Positions 20,779 through 30,634 of a stretch of 64,000 bases of DNA are shown here, piece by piece (positions within the stretch are counted from its first letter, which is position 1; every line of letters starts with the position of its first letter). The notes under the pieces were generated by a model. The model worked only from the letters and a program-made list of their open reading frames with translations, was not told the DNA's origin and made no database searches. Origin of the DNA: Candidatus Cloacimonadota bacterium (GTDB lineage: Bacteria; Cloacimonadota; Cloacimonadia; JGIOTU-2); contig JBNGBT010000002.1 in the NCBI GenBank assembly GCA_049903315.1, forward strand, positions 96,001-160,000, read 5' to 3'. Position numbers and translations under genes: made by a program.

Positions 20779-21267
20779 TTATTTCTTTTCTGTGTATTTT
20801 TCCGCCATTTTATCGCTTATTGATTTGGGAACATATTCCTTTATGCATCCGCCGGTGCTGATTATTTGTTTTACCAAGCTTGAGCTGAGATAGAGATATT
20901 TACTCTGAGGAATAAGGAAAATTGTTTCCACATCTGCGGCAAGTGTTCTATTTGCAAGAGCAATTTGCAGCTCATACTCAAAATCCGATACAGCCCGAAG
21001 ACCTCGGATCATTACCGAACTGTCCTTCTTCAGTACATAATTAACTGCGAGACCTGAAAAGGATTCTACATGCACGTTAGGAATATGCTTTGTTCCTTCC
21101 TTAACGAGCTCGACTCTTTCGCTCAAAGTAAATAGGCATTCTTTATATGTTTCTTCTGCGACGCCAATTATCACTTTATTAAATATTTTAGCAGCACGTT
21201 CTATAATATCAATGTGCCCGTTGGTAATCGGATCAAAAGTACCGGGATAAATTGCTATTTCTTTCAT
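20779..21267 (-). CDS. coaD: Phosphopantetheine adenylyltransferase
   Basis: YPGTFDPITNGH, RGLRAVSDFEYE, LSSSLVK. Confidence 0.97.
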   Translation of the reverse strand: MKEIAIYPGTFDPITNGHIDIIERAAKIFNKVIIGVAEETYKECLFTLSERVELVKEGTKHIPNVHVESFSGLAVNYVLKKDSSVMIRGLRAVSDFEYELQIALANRTLAADVETIFLIPQSKYLYLSSSLVKQIISTGGCIKEYVPKSISDKMAEKYTEKK

Positions 21268-21275
21268 GTTTTTCC

Positions 21276-22505
21276 TTACTTTTTCATGATATTTTCTATG
21301 TCGGATATTTCTTTGGGTATATCTTTTGAAAGGTTCTCATGCCCGTCTTTCGTGATAAGAATATCATCTTCGATCCTTACTCCAATACCCTCTTCTGGAA
21401 TATAAATGCCGGGTTCAACAGTGATAACAGTTCCTTCTGCCAACGTCTTCGATCGATCGACAGGATCATGTGCTGCAAGTCCCAACATATGACTGACACC
21501 ATGCATATAATATTTCTTAAATTCCTCATCCTTTTTGATAAGATTTAATTTCTTGAGTGCAACTTTCATGAGTTTGATGGTCTCATCCTGAAGATCCTTC
21601 AAGGAAAGTCCGGGTTTCACTTTTTTAATGATCGCTTTGTTTATTTTCAGTACTTCTTCATAAACCTCTTTTTGACGAGTGGAGAACGTGCCATTTGCAG
21701 GGAATGTTCGTGTAATATCAGCACAATATTCGTTCCACTTAGCCCCCACATCAACAAGCACAAGATCATTTTTTCCGACTTTACTGTTATTCTTTTCGTA
21801 ATGCAGTATCGTAGCGTTTTTACCACTTGCGATAATAGGGAAGAATGCCATTTGCTTGGCATTATTCTTAACACAACCAAATCGGAAATATGCTTCAAGT
21901 TCATATTCCATCATTCCCGGTTTTGTATTTTTCATCAGATTGATAATCGCATGATGAGTGATACGAATCGCTTCTTGCATCTCTTTGATCTCATCATTTT
22001 TTTTGATCGATCTGAGTTGTGTTAAGAATCGTCCTGGGTGAAGTATCTTTAACGCAGGATAATGAGAAGTAATTTCTTTAATTTGATAGAGTGAATCAGT
22101 AAGATTTGCTCCGATCTTGTTTGCGTCATGGTCATAAAAACATACTTCACTAGTGAGTACAATGTTATGGAACACACTTGAGAATTCATCAATGTAAAAT
22201 ACTTTCTCAACACCAGAAATTTCTTTTACTTGTTCCTTTGATATTTTCTTTCCAATCCAGACTTCCATTTCCGGAATGTTGCGTTCAATAAAGATAATTG
22301 ATTGGTTGGCCTTTCCATGCTTTGCCATAATGAGCTGAGCATTTGCTACTTTGAGTCCGGTCATATAAAAGAAGTTTGCATTTTGTTCGAAATCAACTGG
22401 CAGATTTCCCGAGTCGGAAACAGTTGCAGAGAAAACTGCAATACTCTTATCAGGTAAAAGTCCAAAGAGTTCTTTTCTATTCGATGTGAAGAATTGTTTA
22501 TCCAT
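21276..22505 (-). CDS. pepP: Xaa-Pro aminopeptidase (M24B)
   Basis: AMP_N-like N-terminus (NFFYMTG), DVGA..YCADITRT, HGVSHMLGL..HD, TVEPGIY, GVRIEDD. Confidence 0.9.
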   Translation of the reverse strand: MDKQFFTSNRKELFGLLPDKSIAVFSATVSDSGNLPVDFEQNANFFYMTGLKVANAQLIMAKHGKANQSIIFIERNIPEMEVWIGKKISKEQVKEISGVEKVFYIDEFSSVFHNIVLTSEVCFYDHDANKIGANLTDSLYQIKEITSHYPALKILHPGRFLTQLRSIKKNDEIKEMQEAIRITHHAIINLMKNTKPGMMEYELEAYFRFGCVKNNAKQMAFFPIIASGKNATILHYEKNNSKVGKNDLVLVDVGAKWNEYCADITRTFPANGTFSTRQKEVYEEVLKINKAIIKKVKPGLSLKDLQDETIKLMKVALKKLNLIKKDEEFKKYYMHGVSHMLGLAAHDPVDRSKTLAEGTVITVEPGIYIPEEGIGVRIEDDILITKDGHENLSKDIPKEISDIENIMKK

Positions 22506-22646
22506 GTATCCTTCCTGAATATTTTTTCACAAAAGTTTGCATTGGCATTGAGATTGGCAATATTTTTATTTTCTATTGATCGAGATTATTGATTTTCTAA
22601 TCTCTATGAAATGCTAACTGTTGTGATGTGAGATCCATCAAATCAG

Positions 22647-23660
22647 CTAAATAACAGAACCGTAAAAGCTTTTTCTCATAATCCTCAACACATTATCCAT
22701 ATCCTGGGGGATGGGACTGGTGACAAAAATCGTTTTTTTCGTGATCGGGTGAATGAACTCGAGTTGGTGCGCATGAAGTGCCTGTCTTCTCAATGTATTC
22801 ATGATCAAATGTCTAACTATCTTTTTTGTTCTTTCCGGTACAAGATTGACCATCTGTTTTTGTGTCGAATATAATGTGTCACCCAAAACAGGATGTGTGA
22901 GATAAGAAAAATGGACCCGGATCTGGTGAGTTCTTCCTGTTTCTAAAATAATCTTCGTAATATCGAGACCGGGGTATGTTTCAATTACTTCATAATGAGT
23001 GACTGCGAGTTTTCCTTCTTCGAGGACAGCCATTTTTCTGCTATTTTCAGGATTTCTTCCAAACATAGTGCGGATCGTTCCTTCAGGAGAAGTAAGATTT
23101 CCCATTGTGAACGCAATATATATTTTTTGGATCTCGTGGTTCGCAAAGAGATCTTTTAATTTTGCATGAACGAGATCATTCTTTGCAACGATTATCAAGC
23201 CGGATGTGTCCTTATCAAGCCGATGGACGATGCCCGGTCGTAGAGGATCGTCAGGTGATGAGAGGTGCTTTAGGTGGTACATTATCGCATTCACAAGCGT
23301 ACCATGGTAATGCCCGGGTGCAGGATGCACGACCATGCCTGCAGGCTTATCAATAATTGCAAGGTGCTCATCCTCATAGACAAAGGAAAGCTCAATATTT
23401 TCCGGTAAAATGTCCTTTTTTGTGGGTGGGGGTATTTTGACGTGTATCAACTGATCTTTGTGAACGTGTTCGCTTTTCTTTACGATTTTTCCATCAAGAG
23501 TCACAAATCCTTTTTTTAATAAACGATCAATAAAAGACCGGGAGTAGAGTTCATTGATATTCAGGTTTGCTAAATATTTATCAATCCTGATGATGTCATC
23601 TGTGCGTACCGCAAATGTCAATTCTCGTTCACATCTATCCTTCTGTTCTTGATTTTCCAT
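22647..23660 (-). CDS. rluD: RluA-family pseudouridine synthase (RluD-like) with S4 domain
   Basis: RIDKYL S4 region, KPAGMVVHP, GIVHRLDKDTSG, LETGRTHQIRVH; start uncertain (23660 or 23681). Confidence 0.88.
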   Translation of the reverse strand: MENQEQKDRCERELTFAVRTDDIIRIDKYLANLNINELYSRSFIDRLLKKGFVTLDGKIVKKSEHVHKDQLIHVKIPPPTKKDILPENIELSFVYEDEHLAIIDKPAGMVVHPAPGHYHGTLVNAIMYHLKHLSSPDDPLRPGIVHRLDKDTSGLIIVAKNDLVHAKLKDLFANHEIQKIYIAFTMGNLTSPEGTIRTMFGRNPENSRKMAVLEEGKLAVTHYEVIETYPGLDITKIILETGRTHQIRVHFSYLTHPVLGDTLYSTQKQMVNLVPERTKKIVRHLIMNTLRRQALHAHQLEFIHPITKKTIFVTSPIPQDMDNVLRIMRKSFYGSVI

Positions 23661-24408
23661 CTTCAGTACTGGGAGATTCATATAATTTTTTTAGGTCAAT
23701 GCCTGTGATGACAAAGACCATTCCTGTCACAATTCCGTCTTCATTGTGGATAATACCCACATGAAATGTTACATGCTTTTTTATTTTTGGAATGTAAATT
23801 TTTCGTTCTGCGATAAGGATTTTCTGAGAAACAGCTTCTTGGAAAAATTTGAGAACTTCACCTTCATAATGAAAATCAAGAAGTGGGGGATTATTATCTA
23901 CAGAAGCCAGTCCGAGTAATTTTTGAGCATGTCTGTCTATCATCACGATCTCATCTTTATCATTTGTAATGAGGATGCCGTCATCAGTGTTTTCGAGTAT
24001 CACATTAAGGCGGTGAGCATACTCCTGGATTTTACTTTTTTTCTCTTTATCAAACTGTTTCAGATTTGTTATCATCATATTCGTCGCGCTTATAAGTGCA
24101 GCAACCGGTCCATGGTGATATTCTTCCGGGACAGTAATATCGAATTTACCTCTTTTAAGCTCTTCAAAAACAGATTCGATAGGTTTGAGTGAATCCTGAA
24201 GTAACATAGGAACATAGAAAAGAAGCACGATACCGAGGATAACTTCAATAAACAGGAAAATATATTGAATAGTCATTATCCGATCTTTGATCACTTCGTG
24301 AATGAGTGTATTATTCAATTTGTAAAGAACAAAAGCAGCGTTGGCGATAATAAAAATTAGAAGAATAATAACAATGATACGAAGTTTGCTCTGAAATGTT
24401 AAATGCAT
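23635..24408 (-). CDS. Membrane protein with two TMs, HAMP-like and PAS-like domains and no kinase/output domain
   Basis: Two TMs, LKPIE..ELKRGKFD..ATNMM (HAMP-like), ILENTDDGILIT..GMVFV (PAS-like); GGGAG RBS before ATG 24408. Confidence 0.65.
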   Translation of the reverse strand: MHLTFQSKLRIIVIILLIFIIANAAFVLYKLNNTLIHEVIKDRIMTIQYIFLFIEVILGIVLLFYVPMLLQDSLKPIESVFEELKRGKFDITVPEEYHHGPVAALISATNMMITNLKQFDKEKKSKIQEYAHRLNVILENTDDGILITNDKDEIVMIDRHAQKLLGLASVDNNPPLLDFHYEGEVLKFFQEAVSQKILIAERKIYIPKIKKHVTFHVGIIHNEDGIVTGMVFVITGIDLKKLYESPSTEDGKSRTEG

Positions 24409-24423
24409 GGAAACTCCCAAAAA

Positions 24424-25134
24424 TTAATCTTTCATCTTTTGCTTTTCAGCAATTTTAATCAAGGCATCAACATCATTATTTTTGCCGATGATAATTATTT
24501 TATCAGATTTATGAAGTACATCATCAGCTGAGGGAAGCACATTTGTTTCTTCGAGAAGGATATTATTTCCTTGTTCGTCGACAGTTGGTTTCGTGCTTTT
24601 TATCGCAATAATGCTGATATTGTATTTATTTCGAACATCAAGGGTTTTGAGACTTTTTCCCACAAAGAAAGAAGGAACAGCAATTTCGACGACACTATGT
24701 TCTTTGGAAATTTCAGTATACGTAAAAATGTGTTGGGAGATCAACAGGTTTGCAATCTCGCGTCCAACATATTGTTCAGGGAAAATTGTGCGTTGAACTC
24801 CCATAATTGAGAGAATTCGTGCATGGAGTTCACTGTCGACCTTTGCCATGATCTTACCTACGCCGATCTTTCTGAGAATGGCTGCCGTCAGCACACTCAC
24901 TTCAATATTTTCTCCGATTGCGATAACTACTGCATCGACATTACCGATATCGATGGCGCGGAGTGCTTGTTCATCAGTTGAATCCAGGCATACCGAATTT
25001 GTTACAAATGTACGTGCTTCTTCTACCTTTTTTTCATCATTATCTATAGCGATAACTTCAGCACCCTTTTTCACAAGGGTTTCTGCGATAGTAACACCAA
25101 ATCTTCCTAAACCGATTACAGCAAATTGAGCCAT
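24424..25134 (-). CDS. ktrA: K+ uptake regulatory subunit (KtrA/TrkA, RCK domains)
   Basis: FAVIGLGRFG Rossmann motif, TrkA_C domain. Confidence 0.9.
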   Translation of the reverse strand: MAQFAVIGLGRFGVTIAETLVKKGAEVIAIDNDEKKVEEARTFVTNSVCLDSTDEQALRAIDIGNVDAVVIAIGENIEVSVLTAAILRKIGVGKIMAKVDSELHARILSIMGVQRTIFPEQYVGREIANLLISQHIFTYTEISKEHSVVEIAVPSFFVGKSLKTLDVRNKYNISIIAIKSTKPTVDEQGNNILLEETNVLPSADDVLHKSDKIIIIGKNNDVDALIKIAEKQKMKD

Positions 25135-25155
25135 TGTTCCTCCGAAAATTTATCC

Positions 25156-26868
25156 TTAACCGATAGCTATATTTTCATCTGGATAATGATAATGGACACT
25201 TATTTTTTTCTCACTTAATGCGAACGCTATGGTCAAAGGACCAACACGTCCCAAATACATTAAAGCAATAATTGCAAGTTTACCAATGGATGTCAAGTGT
25301 GGAGTGATACCCATGGAGAGACCGACTGTGCCAAACGCAGAGAATGCTTCAAAAATTATCTGTTCGAAGTTGAATCCACGACTTGCTTCAGAAACGCATA
25401 AAACAAGAATGAGTGTGACCAGGATAGTACCTGAAATAGTGATAAGAGACATTACTTTTCGGGTATTTTCTGAAGATACTGAGCAGTGGAACACTTCCAC
25501 ATCTTGCCTACGACGGATGATTGACCACACTGAGAGAACGAGAATAGCAAAGCTCGTGGTTTTTATGCCACCACCAGTAGAACCCGGTGAAGCGCCAATA
25601 AACATAAATACGATCATTAAAATTACTGAAGCAAAGCCCATTTTTGAAATATCAAGTGTGTTAAATCCTGCTGTTCGCGTCGTCACAGATTGGAATGTTG
25701 ATGCCAGAATACTATTCTTCATCGGGAGTTGGTTCAATTGATTATTGTACTCAAATGCGAAGATCAAAATACTTCCAATCACGATCAAGGCAATAGTCGT
25801 AACAATGACAATTTTCGAGTGTAAAGATAAAAATCGGATGTGTCTTCGTTTGATCACATTGTTATACACGTCGAGCATAACCGTGAAACCGATTCCTCCA
25901 ACAATAATAAGAGACATGATAACAAGATTTACACTCCAGCTTCCCTGAAATCGCATAAAGCTATCTGAATACAAGCAGAATCCAGCATTACAAAAAGCGG
26001 AGACAGAGTGGAACATACAATGCCCGAGCAGACTAAAGTTTGAAAGTTGGGCAAAATAAGCAAGAGGCCGGAATTTCAGGAAAAGGACCATCGCTCCGAT
26101 CAATTCAAACATAAAAGTCGTAACTATGATCGCACGAAGCAGCTTAACCATACTGTCTTTTGATGCTTCTCCGAGAACTCCCTGCAACAGTGACTGCCCC
26201 TGCAGACTTATCTGTTTCCCGAAAAGCATTATGAGTGCTGTGGAAAAAGTCATGATACCAAGTCCGCCGATCTGCATCAATATCAGTATTATTGTATGTC
26301 CGAAAGGTGAAAAATCAGTGCCCGTATCGAGTACTATCAATCCGGTCACACAAGTTGCTGAAGTTGCAGTAAATCCTGCATTGATGGGTCCTATGCTTTC
26401 CCCATTAGATGAAGCAAGAGGTAAACTCAGGAAGGTTGTGCCCAGCAGGATTATCAGTCCAAAACTCAGTAAAATTACCTTTGAAGGATGATTTCTAAAA
26501 CGTGAAAACAGGTTCACAGCAGATTTTGTTGATGCAAGCATGTCAATGAGGATAATGATCTGACGCAGGACTATATACACCTGGAAAACAATAAGATCAT
26601 TATAAAAAATGAAAGAGATGATTACTGCACAAAGATCGAAGATGATCTTTTTTATGTACGTAATACTGCCGCGATTGTAGTAAATTTTAAATATATTAAG
26701 ACAGGCAAAGTAGAAAAGAAATAATTTTGTGAATTCGTTGAAAAGAGAAATATAGTTCGTGTAAAATTGCTGATAGACTACAAAGAAGCTAATCGCAATA
26801 GCAATAGGGAACATCAGCAGTTCAAAGAATCGCCAATATTCTTTCCTGAAATCTAATCGTTTAAGCAT
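25156..26868 (-). CDS. ktrB: K+ uptake membrane subunit (KtrB/TrkH) with N-terminal TM extension
   Basis: SATCVTGL, SAFCNAGF, RTAGF, GSTGGGIK, SAFGTVGLS pore-loop motifs. Confidence 0.92.
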   Translation of the reverse strand: MLKRLDFRKEYWRFFELLMFPIAIAISFFVVYQQFYTNYISLFNEFTKLFLFYFACLNIFKIYYNRGSITYIKKIIFDLCAVIISFIFYNDLIVFQVYIVLRQIIILIDMLASTKSAVNLFSRFRNHPSKVILLSFGLIILLGTTFLSLPLASSNGESIGPINAGFTATSATCVTGLIVLDTGTDFSPFGHTIILILMQIGGLGIMTFSTALIMLFGKQISLQGQSLLQGVLGEASKDSMVKLLRAIIVTTFMFELIGAMVLFLKFRPLAYFAQLSNFSLLGHCMFHSVSAFCNAGFCLYSDSFMRFQGSWSVNLVIMSLIIVGGIGFTVMLDVYNNVIKRRHIRFLSLHSKIVIVTTIALIVIGSILIFAFEYNNQLNQLPMKNSILASTFQSVTTRTAGFNTLDISKMGFASVILMIVFMFIGASPGSTGGGIKTTSFAILVLSVWSIIRRRQDVEVFHCSVSSENTRKVMSLITISGTILVTLILVLCVSEASRGFNFEQIIFEAFSAFGTVGLSMGITPHLTSIGKLAIIALMYLGRVGPLTIAFALSEKKISVHYHYPDENIAIG

Positions 26869-26982
26869 AATTTTTCAGAAAGCTTTGAGCTATGAAAAGA
26901 ACATGAATCTTTTGAATTCGAAGTGAATAAATATTAAGAAAAATAGAAATGATACTGTGCGCTTATATTGCTGTACCTCTTT

Positions 26983-27366
26983 TTATTCGCTTGTAGTGTT
27001 TTCAACTTTATTCTTTGGTGCCGGTTTATTCCCTCGCTTGACCTTTGTACTTTTACTTCGGAGTTTTCTCAGATAGAAAAGCTTTGAACGACGGACGCGT
27101 CCATAGCGTACTACTTCGATTTGTTGGATCAATGGTGAGAAAAGAGGGAAAATACGCTCTACTGCAACACCATGGCTTATTTTTCGAACGGTAAATGTTT
27201 TATTGACTCCAGAACCCTTTTTCTGGATCACTATACCCTGAAATACTTGAATACGAGGTTTTTCAAACTCTCGGATCGTGTAGTGTACTTTTATGGTGTC
27301 ACCGGTATTAAAATCCGGTAATTCCACGTTCATCTGATCTTGACCAACTCTATATAAAATATCCAT
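26983..27366 (-). CDS. rplS: 50S ribosomal protein L19
   Basis: GDTIKVH..RIQVFQG..TFTVRK..VERIFP..GRVRRSKLFYLR. Confidence 0.97.
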   Translation of the reverse strand: MDILYRVGQDQMNVELPDFNTGDTIKVHYTIREFEKPRIQVFQGIVIQKKGSGVNKTFTVRKISHGVAVERIFPLFSPLIQQIEVVRYGRVRRSKLFYLRKLRSKSTKVKRGNKPAPKNKVENTTSE

Positions 27367-27424
27367 AAAAACCTCATTATTACTTATTTATTTATTGATT
27401 CTGGTTTTATTTAGATTAGTGCCT

Positions 27425-27988
27425 TTATTCGTAATCGCCGATTAACCTGTCAAGTGTTATAGCAATTGCACTACGCACAGAAAGATGATTGTATGGACAG
27501 GTTCCTTCTATTCTTAAAACATGGAAATTACTCGTGTTGATAAGCTCTTCAGACATGCCGTATCCAGTTCCAAAAAGAATGAGTTTTGGAAATGATCTGT
27601 TTATTATTTTTCTCATTTCTTTATAGGAAACACTTCCCGGCACTAACCTGGCAGAAGTAGTAATAAGAATAGGATCCTGGGAGTATCTATCCTTGATCCA
27701 TTTTTTTGCACTTGCAATATCAGGCACAAACTCGATGAGTTTGAAAGCATCAAAACGGTTTATATTGTATTGTTTACCCGGTCCTGTTCGCCAGAAATCT
27801 TTTAATCGATTGAAAATATCTCTTTGTGCATTTTCGGGATTAATTATAAAATAATTTCTTATACCATACGTTTTACAGGTTCGCGCAATATCATGTATAT
27901 CAAGGTTGGTGAGAGAAGTCGTAACAATCTCTTTATTTTTGTTATAAACCGGGTGATGAACCAGTCCAAGAAATAGATTATCATACAT
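27425..27988 (-). CDS. SPOUT RNA methyltransferase (DUF2168/Tm1570-like)
   Basis: LVHHPV..TTSLTNLDIHDIAR..TYG, LFGTGYG, YNHLSVRSA. Confidence 0.85.
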   Translation of the reverse strand: MYDNLFLGLVHHPVYNKNKEIVTTSLTNLDIHDIARTCKTYGIRNYFIINPENAQRDIFNRLKDFWRTGPGKQYNINRFDAFKLIEFVPDIASAKKWIKDRYSQDPILITTSARLVPGSVSYKEMRKIINRSFPKLILFGTGYGMSEELINTSNFHVLRIEGTCPYNHLSVRSAIAITLDRLIGDYE

Positions 27989-28673
27989 CAGAAGCTCCTT
28001 TCACCTTTTCTGAAAGTTTTTTCCGTTTACTTTTTTGCCATTCTTCAATCATTTTATGATTACCGGAAAGCAATACATCCGGCACCTTATAACCTCTATA
28101 TTCGCGTGGTCGAGTATAATAAGGACCATCCAATGTGTTGCCCTGAAATGAATCACTATAAGCGGATTCAATATTGGTAAGCACACCTTCCTGCAGACGA
28201 GCAAGAGAATCAATGATTATCATTGCAGGAAGTTCTCCACCGGACAACACATAATTTCCTATTGAGATCTCCCGAGTGACAAGATGCTCTCGAACACGAT
28301 AGTCAACATCTTTGTAATGTCCGCATAAAATTGCAAGATATTTTTTTTCACAAAGTTCTTCAGCGATTTTTTGAGTGTATGTTTCTCCCTGTGGAGTTAA
28401 ATATATAAGTGGAAAATCCTCACTTCCAAGCAGATCTTTTCTTTGTTCTTTCAGGAAATCAACTGCTTCAAAAAGAGGTTCCGGTTTGATGACCATACCA
28501 GGAGCTCCTCCGAAGGGGTAATCATCAACTTGTTTATGTTTATCCTGGGAGAATTCCCGAAAATCAATAAAATCAATTGTAAGTTTTTTTCTTTCGATCG
28601 CCCTTTTAACTATGCTGTGTGCGAGAGGGCTTTCAAACATCTCGGGGAAAAGTGTGAGAATATCAATATGCAT
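27981..28673 (-). CDS. trmD: tRNA (guanine-N1)-methyltransferase
   Basis: VDDYPFGG.PGM, YLTPQG, EISIGNYVLSGGE, YTRP, VPDVLLSGNH. Confidence 0.97.
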   Translation of the reverse strand: MHIDILTLFPEMFESPLAHSIVKRAIERKKLTIDFIDFREFSQDKHKQVDDYPFGGAPGMVIKPEPLFEAVDFLKEQRKDLLGSEDFPLIYLTPQGETYTQKIAEELCEKKYLAILCGHYKDVDYRVREHLVTREISIGNYVLSGGELPAMIIIDSLARLQEGVLTNIESAYSDSFQGNTLDGPYYTRPREYRGYKVPDVLLSGNHKMIEEWQKSKRKKLSEKVKGASDV

Positions 28674-29184
28674 TGAGCAAACCTTTAATCGGATTTATTA
28701 TGATTTTTTTATTCTCATTATCCACTTGCTCTATAAAGGCATCACAAAAAGGTATCATTATTTCTTTATCCTCTTTTGGGATGATCAGGATTTCCTGGCC
28801 TGCGGTGGATAGAATATCAGAAACGATACCGATAAATTCACCTGCTTTTGTATGCACTTCATAATCTAGAAAATGAATCGGATAAAACTCGTCTTCTTCC
28901 AGCGGAGGAAGCATGTCTTCAGCGATCATAATATGAGCGTTGATCATTTGTTGAGCTTCTTGTTTTGAATTAATATTCTTAAATTTGATAAGATATTTTT
29001 TATTCTTCAGTTCAATTGTGTCAATTGTTTCGAAGCGTACAGTTTCATCAGAGAAGACGATAAAAAATTCAGGAATAGTAAGATAATGCTCTGGAAAAGA
29101 AGTATCGGGAAGAGCAGAAATAATTCCGCCATTCCCGACGACTTTCTTAATAACCCCGATGGAAATTAAATCACTAATTTCCAT
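28663..29184 (-). CDS. rimM: Ribosome maturation factor RimM
   Basis: LPPLEEDEFY, PRC barrel with MIPF; position in the rpsP-trmD operon. Confidence 0.9.
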   Translation of the reverse strand: MEISDLISIGVIKKVVGNGGIISALPDTSFPEHYLTIPEFFIVFSDETVRFETIDTIELKNKKYLIKFKNINSKQEAQQMINAHIMIAEDMLPPLEEDEFYPIHFLDYEVHTKAGEFIGIVSDILSTAGQEILIIPKEDKEIMIPFCDAFIEQVDNENKKIIINPIKGLLNAY

Positions 29185-29194
29185 TCATAAATTG

Positions 29195-29425
29195 TTATTC
29201 AATGATTTCTAATTCTGCTCTTTTACCATGTTTGGTTGAGACAGAATTAAGAATTGTACGTATCGAATTAGCAGTTCTTCCGCCTTTGCCGATTACTTTG
29301 CCAACCTCACCAGCGCCAACTCTCAATTCATAAAGAGTCACACGTTCGCCGGATACTTCTTTAACTACAACTTCATCTGGGTTATCAACTAATGCTTTCG
29401 CAATGAATTCCACTAACTCTTTCAT
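29195..29425 (-). CDS. khpA: KH-domain RNA-binding protein KhpA
   Basis: [25 protein letters not shown]. Confidence 0.92.
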   Translation of the reverse strand: MKELVEFIAKALVDNPDEVVVKEVSGERVTLYELRVGAGEVGKVIGKGGRTANSIRTILNSVSTKHGKRAELEIIE

Positions 29426-29446
29426 TGGTCGCCTCCTGCGGTGATC

Positions 29447-29797
29447 TTATTTTGCTGAGTCTTCAGCTTTCATATCTATTTCATCATTGGCTACGTCAGA
29501 TTTTTCTGATACAACCTCAGATATTGCTTTGCCATATTTTGCTTCATGAAACTTTTTTAAGATGCCCTCTTTTTTGAAAAGGCTTTTCACTGTATCTGAA
29601 GGGATTGCACCTTGCTCAAGCCAATACAGAGCTCGTTCATGATCAATTTTATATTCAAATTCTTCCGGTTTAGGATCATAAAATCCAATTTTTTCGATGA
29701 ATGCACCATCTCTTTTCTTGCGGGAGTCAACAACAACCACTCTGTAGGAAGGCTGATTTCGAGCACCCATTCTTCTAAGTCTTATCTTTACTGACAA
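29447..29797 (-). CDS. rpsP: 30S ribosomal protein S16
   Basis: [35 protein letters not shown] start with GGAGG RBS. Confidence 0.97.
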   Translation of the reverse strand: MSVKIRLRRMGARNQPSYRVVVVDSRKKRDGAFIEKIGFYDPKPEEFEYKIDHERALYWLEQGAIPSDTVKSLFKKEGILKKFHEAKYGKAISEVVSEKSDVANDEIDMKAEDSAK

Positions 29798-29954
29798 TAA
29801 AACCTCCAGCGTTTAATGAGTAAACAACTTTATATTAGAAAATTACAGTCAAGTTTTTTAACGAACACTGTAAGTTCTATTTTTGATTATTTTAGAAAAC
29901 TTGTAATAATTCAGAATTTTCCAAAAAGTATGTCAAAACAGAAAGGATGTTTAA

Positions 29955-30401
29955 ATGCGGTCAATAAAAATTGAACCGATCGGAATAATTCATAGTTCAT
30001 ATAAAAATATAGAGGATATTCCCGGCCAGGGATATAAGAGAGAAAATATTGAAGCAATCATTGAAATTGATGAAAAATACAGATCGGGAATGAAGGATGT
30101 TGAGGGGTTTTCACACTTGATAGTGCTTTTCTATTTTCACAAAAGTATGAAAACTCATATGAGGGGACATCCATCTTGGGAAGATACGGAACATGGTGTA
30201 TTTGCAATCCGCAGTCCGCATCGCCCCAATCATATTGGTATGACTTTGATAAAAGTGAGGGAAGTTCGTGATAACAAAATTGTCTTTACAAATGTTGATA
30301 TGCTGGACGAGACACCAGTAATAGATATCAAGCCATATGTTGGGGAGTTTGATAGAATATCCGACCCAAAATTTGGTTGGTTGGAGAAGCATAAGGGCTA
30401 A
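29955..30401 (+). CDS. tsaA: tRNA N6-threonylcarbamoyladenosine N6-methyltransferase TrmO/TsaA (short form)
   Basis: PIGIIHS, GVFAIRSPHRPNHIG, DMLDETPVIDIKPY. Confidence 0.88.
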   Translation: MRSIKIEPIGIIHSSYKNIEDIPGQGYKRENIEAIIEIDEKYRSGMKDVEGFSHLIVLFYFHKSMKTHMRGHPSWEDTEHGVFAIRSPHRPNHIGMTLIKVREVRDNKIVFTNVDMLDETPVIDIKPYVGEFDRISDPKFGWLEKHKG

Positions 30402-30634
30402 TTCAATATATCGAACGAACGAAATAAACAATCATTATATCTTAATATCTTAAAGCATGAAAATCTTCTATATGTATAAATAAATTATTGACATACCATA
30501 ATGGCACAATGATGAAATTGCACTCAATAAATTATAGCTTCTAAATATTTTCATCGTTGTTAATAACTTCAGATTAAGAAGTTGATGAACTTAGTTCGCA
30601 AATTGGATATTTCATACAAAAGGAGAAAAAGATA

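Noticed and set aside
30502..30516. TGGCAC upstream of the LamG/GLUG gene
   Set aside because: No GC at the -12 position
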